A stretch of DNA of 63,902 nt, filler included, from Phoronis australis (lineage: Eukaryota > Animalia > Phoronida), in assembly GCA_002633005.1 (NCBI GenBank). It is 7 parts of 7 records of this genome, joined end to end, with 100 filler letters (N's around TTAATTAATTAA, not from the genome) between each part and the next. Parts side by side here need not be neighbours in the genome. Positions count along the whole stretch, not along the records: positions 1 to 23,940 come from NMRA01001365.1; 6 more parts are not named here. One strand, given 5' to 3'. Shown one piece after another: positions 12,190-24,040 of the stretch; position 1 is the stretch's first letter, and each line of letters opens with the position of its first letter. Under the pieces are notes generated by a model, which saw only the letters and a list, made by a program, of their open reading frames with translations, made no database searches and had not been told where the DNA came from. The position numbers and the translations under genes are program-made.

Positions 12190-13370
12190 AGCTATTCGAC
12201 AAACTTTACAATACTAGAGGGCCCGTATGTACAAGTTGTGAAAGATTAAGCAGCCTCGATTTTGCAAGCCCTTTAATACAAGATGAAATGAATTGCAGAC
12301 GTGACAACTGAATTGAAGATTGCGTGAAAACAGTGCTTCTACGAGAGGACGTAAGCATGACCTTATAGAAAACTAAGTTTTTTGATTATTTTATCGATTA
12401 TTCCATGTTTACAATACCGATGCCTCTTAGCTGAGGTACTGCCCGATATCGACTTCGCGGCAGTCGCCAGTAGGGTTAATCATTGTTTGTTGTGAGTGTG
12501 TGTTACGATACGTGACGTAGCACTTGGGGTCTTTTCATTCATTAAAGCAGTATTATAAACTTGTTGAATGATGTCTAACAGCTTTATATGTGACACTTAC
12601 ATTGTACATCAATAAATGCTGAATGTTTTTGATGTCAACTCGATATTTGTTAGTCAGGGAATATTACAATAGAAGCCCAAAGGGCAGGTGACAAGTATCC
12701 ATTAGACTCTTTGTTTCCTCCATGTCCTATGTCATACGGACATCTATTACACGTTGGCACGGAATTATTTGACGTCTGTTTTCACCTGACTTTCGGTTTT
12801 TTAGGTTTGAAGGCCAATACCGTGCAGAAGAGATATGCATCGATTCTGCAAAAGTTCCTGAATAGACAAAAATTGGTTTTAAGCAGTTAAGTACACCTGA
12901 CCTGCAAGATCTTCCAATCTAATATAGATCTGTTGTCAAAGCAGTTGTTAAAGAATTGTTATGGCTAGGAATGAAAAATAAATTCATAGTTTTATACAAT
13001 ACTTATTAAATACAACCTTGCTTTCTGAAAACAGTAATTATTTAATTTTGTGTAAAATTATAGATCAGTTACCATATCATATTTTTTTAAAACCAGGGGC
13101 AACATTTTTCATCCAGCTTGAAGTACTTAATTATTCATGCTTCAATACCTGTTCCAGGTTTAGTGTCATTTTTAAGATCACAAGTCTCAACATAAACAAG
13201 TTTGTTTCTCCTTTCTCTTTCCACAGCATGGCCATACACCAGCAGTGCTGCATGGCACAATGTAAAAGCCAGTGGGCCGGGAGAAATGATAATCGCAGTA
13301 CTAAGTTGGAATAAGAAAATATCCCAGTGGGTTGTTTGTGTGTGAAGAGGACTTATAGCAGACTGCATGC
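12190..13370 (+). mobile_element. Dispersed repeat, probably a DNA-transposon relic with a decayed SAP-domain ORF
   Basis: Colinear blocks match the reverse complement of ~50360-52254, e.g. CACCAGCAGTGCTGCATGGCACAATGT and GGTTTGAAGGC..TACCGTGCAGA. LRENSASTRGRKHDLIE resembles a SAP motif. Confidence 0.6.
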
Positions 13371-13901
13371 TGTCAGAAGATAAAGCAAGAAACGGTATAT
13401 TGTCGAAATAATGTACATGTATTTGGTACTAATTCAAGAGTTGGTGAATAAATTGGCCGAAGCAACCGGTTGCACTTCCAATTCAAAACAAATAGACGAA
13501 TAAATAAATAAATGTTTGGTAAGAGAATGGGATCGGCCAGCCATGAGTGCGAATAATGAACCAGTTGCATACCGGAGGTAATTTTTATTTATATTTTAGA
13601 ATGAAAACATGACACTTCCAGTAATGATTCAGTATTACACGTTTCAAAATAATTATTAGCTTTCTGGAACAGACACAGGTTTTGTACCCACACTATCATT
13701 TATCAAGTACAACCACGAAGCCTGATCACTTCATTTGAACAGATGCCTCCAGAAGGCTTTAATAGAGTATTCGTTGTCATCAGGGTCCAGTTGCATCAAA
13801 GTTATTCGCCTCAACACTGATGTCGCAATACAACTGACTTCATGCAACAATCAAACTTATCCAGCGGATAACTTTTGAAGCTATATGCAATTCAGCCCTG
13901 G

Positions 13902-13913
13902 TATGTATATATA

Positions 13914-13947
<34 letters not shown>

Positions 13948-13975
13948 TCTTATATATATATATATATATATATAT
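13902..13975. repeat. (TA)n/(TACATA)n microsatellite
   Basis: Directly visible. Confidence 0.92.
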
Positions 13976-15345
13976 TTCCAAACATTTGTCGGCTTACAAG
14001 AGGAAACCCGATATGGCATTGAAAAGGTGAAAGATGCTAAATTACGTTAACCTATTTTGTATCAATTTATATTGAGTACATGTAGTTCCACTCGGTAACA
14101 GCAAGTTCAGTTGTTTTACCTTACACCTAAGGGCCGACGGAGGTGTTAAAGTTAACCAATGACGTAACCGGTGCGAACACAGTCTGTGCAGCCGTTCACA
14201 ACACGCTTACTCGTGTCAACTTATCGCTTGAATTCTTCGTTTAACACCAATAAATCATCAAAATTCTGCCAGAAAACGCTGAATAAGCATGCGTTCACAC
14301 GGCCTCAGTGCCCTTTATTGCATCTAAGGCCGGCCGGGTAATTCAGTGGTTTCTTCATTGCTGGCTTCTCAAAACTTTTGCACTCACGAATACTCCAAAA
14401 GGCTAATAAATTGTATCTCATGAGGCAGACTTTGTTGCAGTTTTATGTAAACATTGGTTAGGGTGAGAATAATTAATTTTTAAACAGAAGGCAGATATAA
14501 TAAACGTCTACATGGCAATTCGCCCCCGCTGCGCCAATCCCAACTAAGTCGAGAGCTCGTCCGACAAAGACTTAACGGGTCGGATCGTTAGGTTTCACAG
14601 TTCGAACTGGAATATACTGATCCTAAAAATACTAGAAAAGTCCCGTGAAAATGCTAAGGAAACGGAACGTATGGATAGTTGTTTGGTAAGCCGGAATTTG
14701 TCAGAGAAATCACTGTCGACGAAATGCCGGCCACGAACACGGAAATGTTTCACCACCTCATACATACATGTATACTTTCTATTAACAGCGCGCGCACTTT
14801 TCATTCTTCATTAACGCGAGTCACTTCCTAAGCGTTTCGGGGACTCGGGGAAGTCGAAAAAAATGCTACATTCGCTTTCACCGCAGCTTCATAGTTCGGA
14901 CAAGCGGGAACGATGCCCTCAATATAGCGGAATTCACTCTGAAGATGAACCACTGACGTTGCTGCGTCGTTTCTCACCTTCCTCACAGGTTAAGGCGACG
15001 CCTCTCGGTAACGTGAGGTCGACCGTATAAGAGATGATATGGATATAGACCGAGTAAGACGGCAAAAAAGATAAATTAAATCGGGTGGCATTCTTCTCTG
15101 GACACATGATTTATGCAATTTTCATATATCGGAGAAACAACTTAATGACTTTTGAAAAAAGTTGAAACCTCATTAGCATAAGCTGGAAAAACACTGCCAG
15201 TGAACGTTTGGCCAGAAGGGAAGAAAGTCATTGTTTTTGTATTCCCTAATTCACCAGCTACGCTCACTAGTGTCTTGCCTGGCGGCAAATGCCTCGCAAT
15301 CCTTTGAGGTGTGTGGGGAAAGGACATGAAGCAAAAAATACTCAC

Positions 15346-15591
15346 TTGTTTTAGCCGACTTCCCTGTTGAAACTGCGTCAGCCCATCCTGGCTTGATCGA
15401 TGTTACGGTGACATAGTACTCAGTTCCTGGAGTCAAGCCACTACATTTCCGGCCGTTAAAATCCAAAGATTTAACAAGGCCTTGGCTCGTGCAAGTAAGC
15501 CTGAGTTTGGCTACATTCATCGTTGCAGTCCAACTGACGTCAATTGTTGTGTTTGTTGCAACCGCATTCGTGATAGTAGTTGTAGCTAGTT
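15346..15591 (-). CDS. Fibronectin type III domain exon (246 nt, phase 1-1)
   Basis: Acceptor CTACATTTCCAG|AACT and donor A|GTGAGT. Translation: ELATTTITNAVATNTTIDVSWTAT...CSGLTPGTEYYVTVTSIKPGWADAVSTGKSAKT. Confidence 0.92.
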
Positions 15592-15828
15592 CTGGAAATG
15601 TAGAGACATGGACAAAACGAGTCATTTGAATTAAAGGTTCTATCTGAAAGGGTAATCTAGCTCAAAAACTTGAAAATGCGGTACAAACTAAGTAATATCT
15701 CACATGACCTAATGTTTCTAAAGCTCCTTTCGGTTATCAAACTAGACTTCCAGTAAAATGGCGTCTGCATAGAACTTGCGTTTTTTGCTCTGTAAATTTT
15801 CAAAGTTTTCTTCACCTTGTTACTTGAA

Positions 15829-16370
15829 ATGGGACTTCCAAAAAGAGCCACATCATCTCATGCACCAAAAAACGGCAAAGAAGTGCCAGAGAATGAATCC
15901 GAGTGGTTTCCATCATTAAAAAGTGAGTTTAAAAGGTCCAATACGGAGATAATGAACGAACTCTGTCACAAAAAAGAATCTTTAAACTTATCCTTTAACA
16001 CTCCACAAGAAGCCTTAGTAAATTTTAAACAGTGTGTAAAGAAATTGCTGTATCGGAGAAAGAAACGGGTATTTGAAATCCAAAATTATATCTTAAAAAT
16101 GCATACTAGAAGGAACAATTTCGTGTTTGTGGGATCCCAGAGTCCCAGGATATGTCGTGTGAGAGTAGTTTATCTATAGTGCTGAAGCGATATGTGTATG
16201 GGCCTCGACAACATCTCCTTTGAAAGAACGCACCCGTTTGGCGATAAAGATACTTTCATTGCTAAGTTTTCGTTCTATAAACAACGAGAACAAGTGTGGA
16301 TGGAAAAGAGAAAGTTTCAATGTCGAAAAATTTTCTGAATAAGGACTTCCCACATGAGACCATTGTCAAT
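15829..16370 (+). mobile_element. LINE ORF1 relic
   Basis: RRNNFVFVG...ISFERTHPFG..FIAKFSFYKQREQVW...KDFP resembles the RRM/CTD region of L1-type ORF1. Frameshifted. Confidence 0.6.
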
Positions 16371-16847
16371 CGATTGACAGCAAAACCTATACAGTTGACA
16401 ATATGAATGCGATTCCCACCTTCAGTGAATAGTGGCGATCAAGAACTCGAGAAAGATGGTGTGCAGAGCAGCAAACCAACTGCAGCCGATTTCATAAAGG
16501 TGGTTTAACAAAACCAGGTTTAAGACGTAAACCTGGTCTTCCTAAACCAGGTCTAATTTTAGACCTGACTTGCATTTCACCAACATAGTTTAAGAATCTG
16601 AAAGCCTGGTTTTGCTAGACCAGGGAGCTGGTTCAGTTAAACCAGGTTTAAAGTATCAAAGGCACCCCACTGTGTCTAGCTGGGTAAACGCAACAAGGAA
16701 ACTATTGGAATGCTTCAATGAAACCTTGATCGCGTGGGTATACAATGGCATACACCAGTAGAATCAGTGCAGACATTTACGACAAAGTTCTTAAAGCTTT
16801 TCTCATGTGGAAAAATGTAATTTGTGTGCCCAACACACACACACTAA

Positions 16848-17793
16848 AGTGTACACAACATGACTCTAGTACCTCAAAATAATTTTTTTTATTATATCTT
16901 ACTTGATGTCGGTGCATTTAGTGCTGAGCTCATAAAGAAACACGCAAAAATTGAAAAAATAATAATTATGTACAACGCCATGGGTTGAACCCAAGTCGTT
17001 CGCCATACTGTTCGGATCAGAGACAAAGTTTATAGAGTGAAGAGAAAGCAAAGTACATTTAGCGTCAAGAAGGTTCGTAGAGGGATCAAAAGATGTGTTT
17101 CCGGAGTCTGCAGCAACAGCAGCCAGGCGGAAAACGTCTCGGTGTTCCGAAGGACACCAAAGTTGCGCAGAAGTGGCATGGCTTCGTGCGCCGAACGAGA
17201 GTGTGGGACGTCATCGTGGACCAAGCGATTCGGTCCGGGGCCACTCTGTGTTCTGCCCACTTTGAGGACTCGTGTTTCGACTCCAGTCACAGGAGACGTT
17301 ACGATGAAGGCCTGGTTCAATAAAGGACAATATTTATCATTCAGAAACATCAGCTCTTAATTCAGGATCGTCTGTTGGATGACTGGGTTGACTCGCCGAG
17401 CCCGAGGCCGCTTCTCTCGCGGGAGGATCCAGTTCATAAGGCTCAAAGTAGAAAAGTACGCAGCCGGAAGCACATTAAACTTGTTCTCGCTTTCGTGCAA
17501 CCCCATTTCCTCATCCTGGCCACCATTCCCGTACGTTTCTTCATAGTATTCGTTCAATTCTTGCTCATAATCTTAGTCACTTTCAAATTCCCTGCTTTCC
17601 GCCATTGGTCAATGCTAGTCAATGATCTCTTGTGTTCAACCCGTGACGTCACATGGCGGGAAATGTGAAAGAAAAATCAAAATTTCGAGCTAATTACACA
17701 AGATAAACATGGGTCTAGCTAAAAGTTACGCCATACATTTAGTCTATGGCCACCGGTAATTCAAAATGTACAAAAATCCATGGTGTGTACTGT
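16848..17793 (+). mobile_element. Kolobok-like deleted DNA transposon with a THAP domain relic
   Basis: Imperfect TIRs AGTGTACACAACATG / CATGGTGTGTACTGT are flanked by CTAA and TTAA. The frameshifted THAP reads RCVSGVCSNS..PKDTKVAQKW..FVRRTR..LCSAHFEDSCF at ~17090-17280. Confidence 0.7.
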
Positions 17794-18062
17794 TTAAAGA
17801 ACATGCTCACGATTTGATGTAACATGATAAATGCACAAATTTATTTCCGTGTCATTTTAGTGTTTATTTTTCGCGGCCAAAGGGGGGGCAAGACCCCTCC
17901 CCGGCAACATTAAATCGGAGAACAGTGGAGGTGTAACTCAGTCAGAAGAATTAGAGGATGCTGTCTTAAGGCAAATCCGTAGCGCTTGCGATGATGACCC
18001 CTGCTCGACCAGTCGTATTCTGAGGAATCCGCAGGACACACTCCAGCACGTACTGGTCTACG

Positions 18063-18217
18063 CATAGGCAGATCCATGGGGCTCTATAGGTCCGGCACCC
18101 CCTTTTTTCCTTGATTTTAGTGATATCAAAGCTAAAATTTTCAAATTGCTGACATGTTCTCCTCTTTCAAAAAGTCCTTGACCGTCCCCCCATTTAAAAA
18201 TCCTGGATCCGCCTCTG
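18063..18217. mobile_element. MITE (CAGrGGCGGATCCA-type TIR)
   Basis: Ends are CATAGGCAGATCCA and TGGATCCGCCTCTG, flanks are CTACG/CTACC, and the core is shared with 30646-30803. Confidence 0.75.
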
Positions 18218-18329
18218 CTACCTTTGATCTTGTGTCGTAGTGAAACTGAATATTAAAAATAGTTAATTTTTGCTCGAAAACTGCGTCGCAAATGTACACC
18301 GCGGCATCGTTCAGTTGTACCTTCACCAT

Positions 18330-20054
18330 GCATATGGCGTCAACAAGGATCCTGATTCCAACTGGCAGCCACAAGCTGGTGTCATGTCCGCAGTCACTAA
18401 CTAGAGCACAGGCTAAGAAGAGAGAGAAACCCATTAAGCTTTTGGCGGAGACTCCTTCTGGAGTAGAAAGTCTCAACGTCAGCAAGTTGAAGGACGTGAA
18501 ACAACATTATCCTTCCCTACGTAAACTCTTGAAACTTGTTCAGAAAGACAAACCAGCAACAACACGTGTTTGAGGTCAATACTCGCAGGGGAAACAAAAA
18601 GGGGTCCTGTACCGAGTGTATGCTGATAACACGAAAGAGTTAGATAGTTGTCCCTGTCACAAATCGACAACAGGTCATGACGCTAGCTTAAGATTCAATT
18701 ATAGGTGGGCATCTTAGTGTGAAGAAGGCCAGTAGCATTTATTGGCCAGGAGTTGGCAGTGACGCAAATCGTTTTTGCAGATCATGTGACATGTGCCAGT
18801 GAACAAGTCCTCAGGGCAGGATCTCTAAAGGGACATTGGGTGAGATGCCGCTTATGGAAGAACCGCTCCAGTGTATCGCTTTTGATTTGATTGGTCCTGT
18901 GTCGCCAATCATAGACAGTGGAAACCAGTAGATTCTCCCCATTTTGGACTATGCCACACAATAGCTAGAAGCCGCACCTCTGCTCAGAATAGAAGCGTAG
19001 CGAGTCGCGAAAGCACTGCTTGATACTTTCTGTAGAATCGGCTTTCCACGAATGTTGCTTAGTGACTGTGCGACACGTTTATCTCAAAAGAACTGAAAGA
19101 AGTTGATCGGCTGATATCCATGAAGCAACTATCCATCACTATGTACAATCCGAAACACAAGAGATTGTGTGAGGGTATTAACGGTGTACTGAAGAGTATG
19201 CTTAAGAAAATGTGCGAAGAGCGTCCACAAGACTGGGACCGGTACTTACCAGCAGTACTGTTAGCTTACTGAGAGGTAACACAAATGAGCTCAGGATTCT
19301 CGTCATTTTAAGCGAGCGAGGGCCCGTGCAGGTGCTTAAAGAATTGTGGACTGGAGAAGAAACACCAGAAGTACGAAATACTTATGAGTATGTCCTCGAC
19401 TTGCGACTACGTCTGGAAGAGACATGTGAACCGGTGCGGAAAAACTTACGAAATGCTGGTGAATCATATAATCACCTATATGACAAAAGGGCACGAGATC
19501 GTCGCTTCAGAGTTGGAGACCAATTACTAATATTGTTAACAACCGACAGTAACAAGCAGTTACTGCAGTGGAGTGGTCCCTATGAAGTGACTGAGGTGCT
19601 CATCAAAATGGACTACCGAGTGTGGGTTGGTAGAAAGACCGAGACATACCATGCCAACATACTGAAGCTATACATATCGCGTGATCAAAATGGGGCTTCA
19701 AGTAGAGAGCATATAGATAAGACTGATGCGTCAGATACTGGTTTAGTCTGTATTTTGTTGCAGGAGTATGATGATGGCAGAATACCAGTACCATGTGCTG
19801 GTAAGAACTTGTTACCTTGGGAACGTAATTACTCATTCATTGAGAGGAAATGTAAGGCTAACGTCTTTGCCATCAGAAAAGTTACACAATACTTGTATGG
19901 TAAACAGCATATCATACATACTGACCATCAACTTCAGGCTTTCATTCAAAAAAGTAAATTAGCCAATGGACTCATCACGAGGTGGGCACCGTTTTTGCAA
20001 ATCTATCGATTTAAGGTTGAAGCTATCAAATGCTCATGGGGCAAAGCACTGTAG
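18330..20054 (+). mobile_element. Degenerate Gypsy-group pol with integrase upstream of RNase H (Gmr1-like order), RT deleted
   Basis: Integrase Zn finger (GGHLSVKK..YWPG..CRSCDMC), core (IAFDLIGPV; QDWDRYLPAVL) and WSGPYEV motif, followed by RNase H-like TDASDTGLVCILLQ..ERNYSFIE..IIHTDHQ..RWAPFLQ. Confidence 0.85.
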
Positions 20055-20114
20055 AGATTCTAGAAATTTCTGAGAATAAATGGTAACAGCCGATGATGTG
20101 ATTGGATATAATCA

Positions 20115-20682
20115 TGTTGTTCTTATTAGCCAGTAACTAAATAAGTTATTACAACTTGGGCTAATATTAAGAGGGTATTCAGATGAGCTGTAGTAGTTGA
20201 AGCATAAGGACTTGCTACAGTGTACAGAGGAAATTGTACAAGAGAGCCACCTCGCGGAAGATTCTAAAGAGGATCTTGGCAAGGGCAAGAACAGGAAGTT
20301 GACAAGGACCATGTCACTTGTATCGTGGGTAGTAAGATACCGCCTATACGTGTTGAATCACGAGGAATTTTGACCAGCGAGGCGAATCGTGGGTAGAAGA
20401 TACTGCCTGCAAGTGTTGCGTCAAGAGACTGCGACCAACGAGAAGAATCGTGGGTAGAAGACACTACCTGTAAGTGTTGCGTCACTAGAGAATGCGACCA
20501 GCAAGTACACTGTCGCAATACAATGTGTGTAGTTTGAAGATTCAGCAACAGGACTGTTATACAACAAGTGGAGAGTCCTACAGCTTGGATAGCAGATGAG
20601 ACATTTGATTAATTTGATTGATTGGAGTAATCTTTAAAGAGAGCGCTGGCGTACATGTAGTTCATTACATTATTTAACAACA
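20115..20682 (+). mobile_element. Putative 3' LTR
   Basis: Terminal inverted TGTTGTT...AACAACA and internal ATCGTGGGTAGAAGA tandem subrepeats. The 3' part is homologous to 47845-47985 (minus). No obvious polypurine tract. Confidence 0.55.
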
Positions 20683-21081
20683 GGTTTTGTAATTAGTGGT
20701 TATCAAATAACTAATGGATTACTGCATTTAATCATTTTCTCTCCATCTACGCACAATCTCAGAGCACAGATACCTTTGAAACAAATCCACAGTCAATCTC
20801 TGACACCCCTATCAAAATGTAAATTATTTGCGATGACCTGCCAAATGAGAATTCAAACGGGGCCACAATTTCACGTTAAAAGGGACGCAGATTTCTATCT
20901 GTTCGCGTTAAATGCTCAAACGCTATCCGAATTACGTCAAAGCCAACAATAGCATGTATGACAAGGTAAAATAAACGAGTGATAAATCACGCTCACGTGA
21001 CTTTGCGAAATCTCTCTAATTGTGATGTACAAACCAGCAGGTGTGATTTCATCATTGAATGCATGGCTCAAGCTGACCTAN

Positions 21082-23366
21082 TGAACAAGTCCTCAGGGCA
21101 GGATCTCTAAAGGGACATTGGGTGAGATGCCGCTTATGGAAGAACCGCTCCAGTGTATCGCTTTTGATTTGATTGGTCCTGTGTCGCCAATCATAGACAG
21201 TGGAAACCGGTAGATTCTCCCCATCTTGGACTATGTCACACAATACCTAGAAGCCGCACCTCTGCTCAGAATAGAAGCGTAGCGAGTTGCGAAAGCACTG
21301 CTTGATACTTTCTGTAGAATCGGCTTTCCACGAATGTTGCTTAGTGACTGTGCGACACGTTTATCTCAAAAGTACTGAAAGAAGTCGATCGGCTGATATC
21401 CATGAAGCAACTATCCATCACTTTGTACAATCCGAAACACAAGAGATTGTGTGAGGGTATTAACGGTGTACTGAAGAGTATGCTTAAGAAAGTGTGCCAA
21501 GAGCGTCCACAAGACTGGGACCGGTACTTACCAGCAGTACTGTTAGCTTACTGAGAGGTAACACAAGTGAGCTCAGGATTCTCGTCATTTTAAGCGAGCG
21601 AGGGCCCGTGCAGGTGCTTAAAGAATTGTGGACTGGAGATGAAACACCAGAAGTACGAAATACTTATGAGTATGTCCTCGACTTGCGACATCGTCTGGAA
21701 GAGACATGTGAACCGGTGCGGAAAAACTTACGAAATGCTGGTGAATCATATAATCACCTATATGACAAAAGGGCACGAGATCGTCGCTTCAGAGTTGGAG
21801 ACCAAGTACTAATATTGTTAACAACCGACAGTAACAAGCAGCTACTGCAGTGGAGTGGTCCCTATGAAGTGACTGATGTGCTCATCAAAATGGACTACCG
21901 AGTGTGGGTTGGTGGAAAGACCGAGACATACCATGCCAACATATTGAAGCTATACATATCGCGTGGTCAAAATGGGGCTTCAAGTAGAGAGCATATAGAT
22001 AAGACTGATGCGTCAGATACTGGTTTAGTCTGCATTTTGTTGCAGGAGTATGATGATGGCAGATTACCAGTACCATGTGCTGGTAAGAACTTGTTACCTT
22101 GGGAACGTAATTACTCATTCATTGAGAGGAAATGTAAGGCTAACGTCTTTGCCATCAGAAAAGTTACACAATACTTGTATGGTAAACAGCATATCATACA
22201 TACTGACCATCAACTTCAGGCTTTCATTCAAAAAAGTAAATTAGCCAATGAACTCATCACGAGGTGGGCACCGTTTTTGCAAATCTATCGATTTACGGTT
22301 GAAGCTATCAAATGCTCATGGGACAAAGCACTGTAGAGATTCTAGAAATTTCTGAGAATAAATGGTAACAGCCGATGATGTGATTGGATATAATCATGTT
22401 GTTCTTATTAGCCAGTAGCTAAATAAGTTATTATAACTTGGGCTAATATTAAGAGGGTATTCAGATGAGCTGTAGTAGTTGAAGCATAAGGACTTGCTAC
22501 AGTGTACAGAGGAAATTGTACAAGAGAGCCATCTCGCGGAAGATTCGAAAGAGGATCTTGGCAAGGGCAAGAACAGGAAGTTGACAAAGACCATGTCACT
22601 TGTATCGTGGGTAGTAAGATACCGCCTATACGTGTTGCATCACGAGGAATTTTGACCAGCGAGACGAATCGTGGGTAGAAGATACTGCCTGCAAGTGTTG
22701 CGTCAAGAGACTGCGACCAACGAGAAGAATCGTGGGTATAAGACACTACCTGTAAGTGTTGCGTCACTAGAGAATGCGACCAGCAAGTACACTGTCGCAA
22801 TACAATGTGTGTAGTTTGAATATTCACCAACAGGACTGTTATACAACAAGTGGAGAGTCTTACAGCTTGGATAGCAGATACGACATTTGATTAATTTGAT
22901 TGATTGGAGTAATCTTTAAAGAGAGCGCTGGCGTACATGTAGTTCATTACATTATTTAACAACAGGTTTTACCTGTGTAATTAGTGGTTATCAAATAATT
23001 AATGGATTACTGGATTTAATCATTTTCTCTCCATCTACGCACAATCTCAGAGCAAAGATACCTTTGAAACAAATCCACAGTCAATCTCTGACACCCCTAT
23101 CAAAATGTAAATTATTTGCGATGACCTACCAAATGAGAATTCAAACGGGGCCACAATTTCACGTTAAAAGGGACGCAGATTTCTATCTGTTCGCGTTAAA
23201 TGCTCAAACGCTATCCGAATTACGTCAAAGCCAACAATAGCATGTATGACAAGGTAAAATAAACTAGTGATAAATCACGCTCACGTGACTGCGAAATCTC
23301 TCTAATTGTGATGTACAAACCAGCAGGTGTGATTTCATCATTGAATGCATGGCTCAAGCTGACCTA
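21082..23366 (+). repeat. Near-identical second copy of 18800-21080 (Gypsy pol plus LTR at 22397-22964)
   Basis: Offset 2282 bp, joined at a single N (21081), differing only by scattered SNPs and small indels. Confidence 0.95.
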
Positions 23367-23940
23367 AAAGAGTAATATTTGACATCAAGTATGGATATTG
23401 CCACCTGATGCCACTAAAAATGCAATCAAGATGAAATACAGAGTTGTAAAATTATTTAGCCAGGTACATGCAGTTTGGCTGCACTTGGGCGAGACTGATA
23501 GCAACAGACGAGTGGCGCCCACCTGAAAGAAGTTGAATTTTGAGGCCCCTTAAGGTAGGTGGATGAACAAAAAATTAATTTTGACTGCAAAAAAATTAAG
23601 TTGAGTACGCTAAGTTCTACCGAAGTCATCACTGCACTCAGCTTGAGGAGTCAGAAACTGTGCGTGTGCAAGAGAAGTCGGAAAGGCGAGGTGGCTTGCG
23701 AGAGGACGCTGAGCGTCGACGTGGGTGGTGTTGCACGATTCGATGAGAGTGCATGCACGCGCTGTGAAGACACGCCGCGCGCGAGACAACTACATGCCCT
23801 CAGGGTAGAATTTTTGGAGATAAACCGTGCTTTTGTGCTAATAACGCGCCATGGAGAAACTAGGCTGCCAAACTCAGGGGATTTTTTAACTTGCCGCCGG
23901 CCGTAACCCTAAGAATTAGAGATATGACCTAGTGTTCAAT

Positions 23941-24040
23941 NNNNNNNNNNNNNNNNNNNNNNNNNNNNNNNNNNNNNNNNNNNNTTAATTAATTAANNNN
24001 NNNNNNNNNNNNNNNNNNNNNNNNNNNNNNNNNNNNNNNN
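23941..24040. other. Artificial contig spacer N-TTAATTAATTAA-N (also 37230-37329, 41424-41523, 44091-44190, 49394-49493, 62369-62468)
   Basis: An identical all-frame stop linker is centred in each 100-bp N run. Confidence 0.95.

Noticed and set aside
13200-13350. IL-17-like ending (..NIPVGCLCV)
   Set aside because: A stop lies at the same position in both repeat copies, the upstream cystine-knot motifs are absent, and the segment lies in a dispersed repeat.
23513-23525. TGGCGCCCA as a tRNA-Lys primer-binding site
   Set aside because: It is not preceded by an LTR end (CA), and no gag ORF follows.
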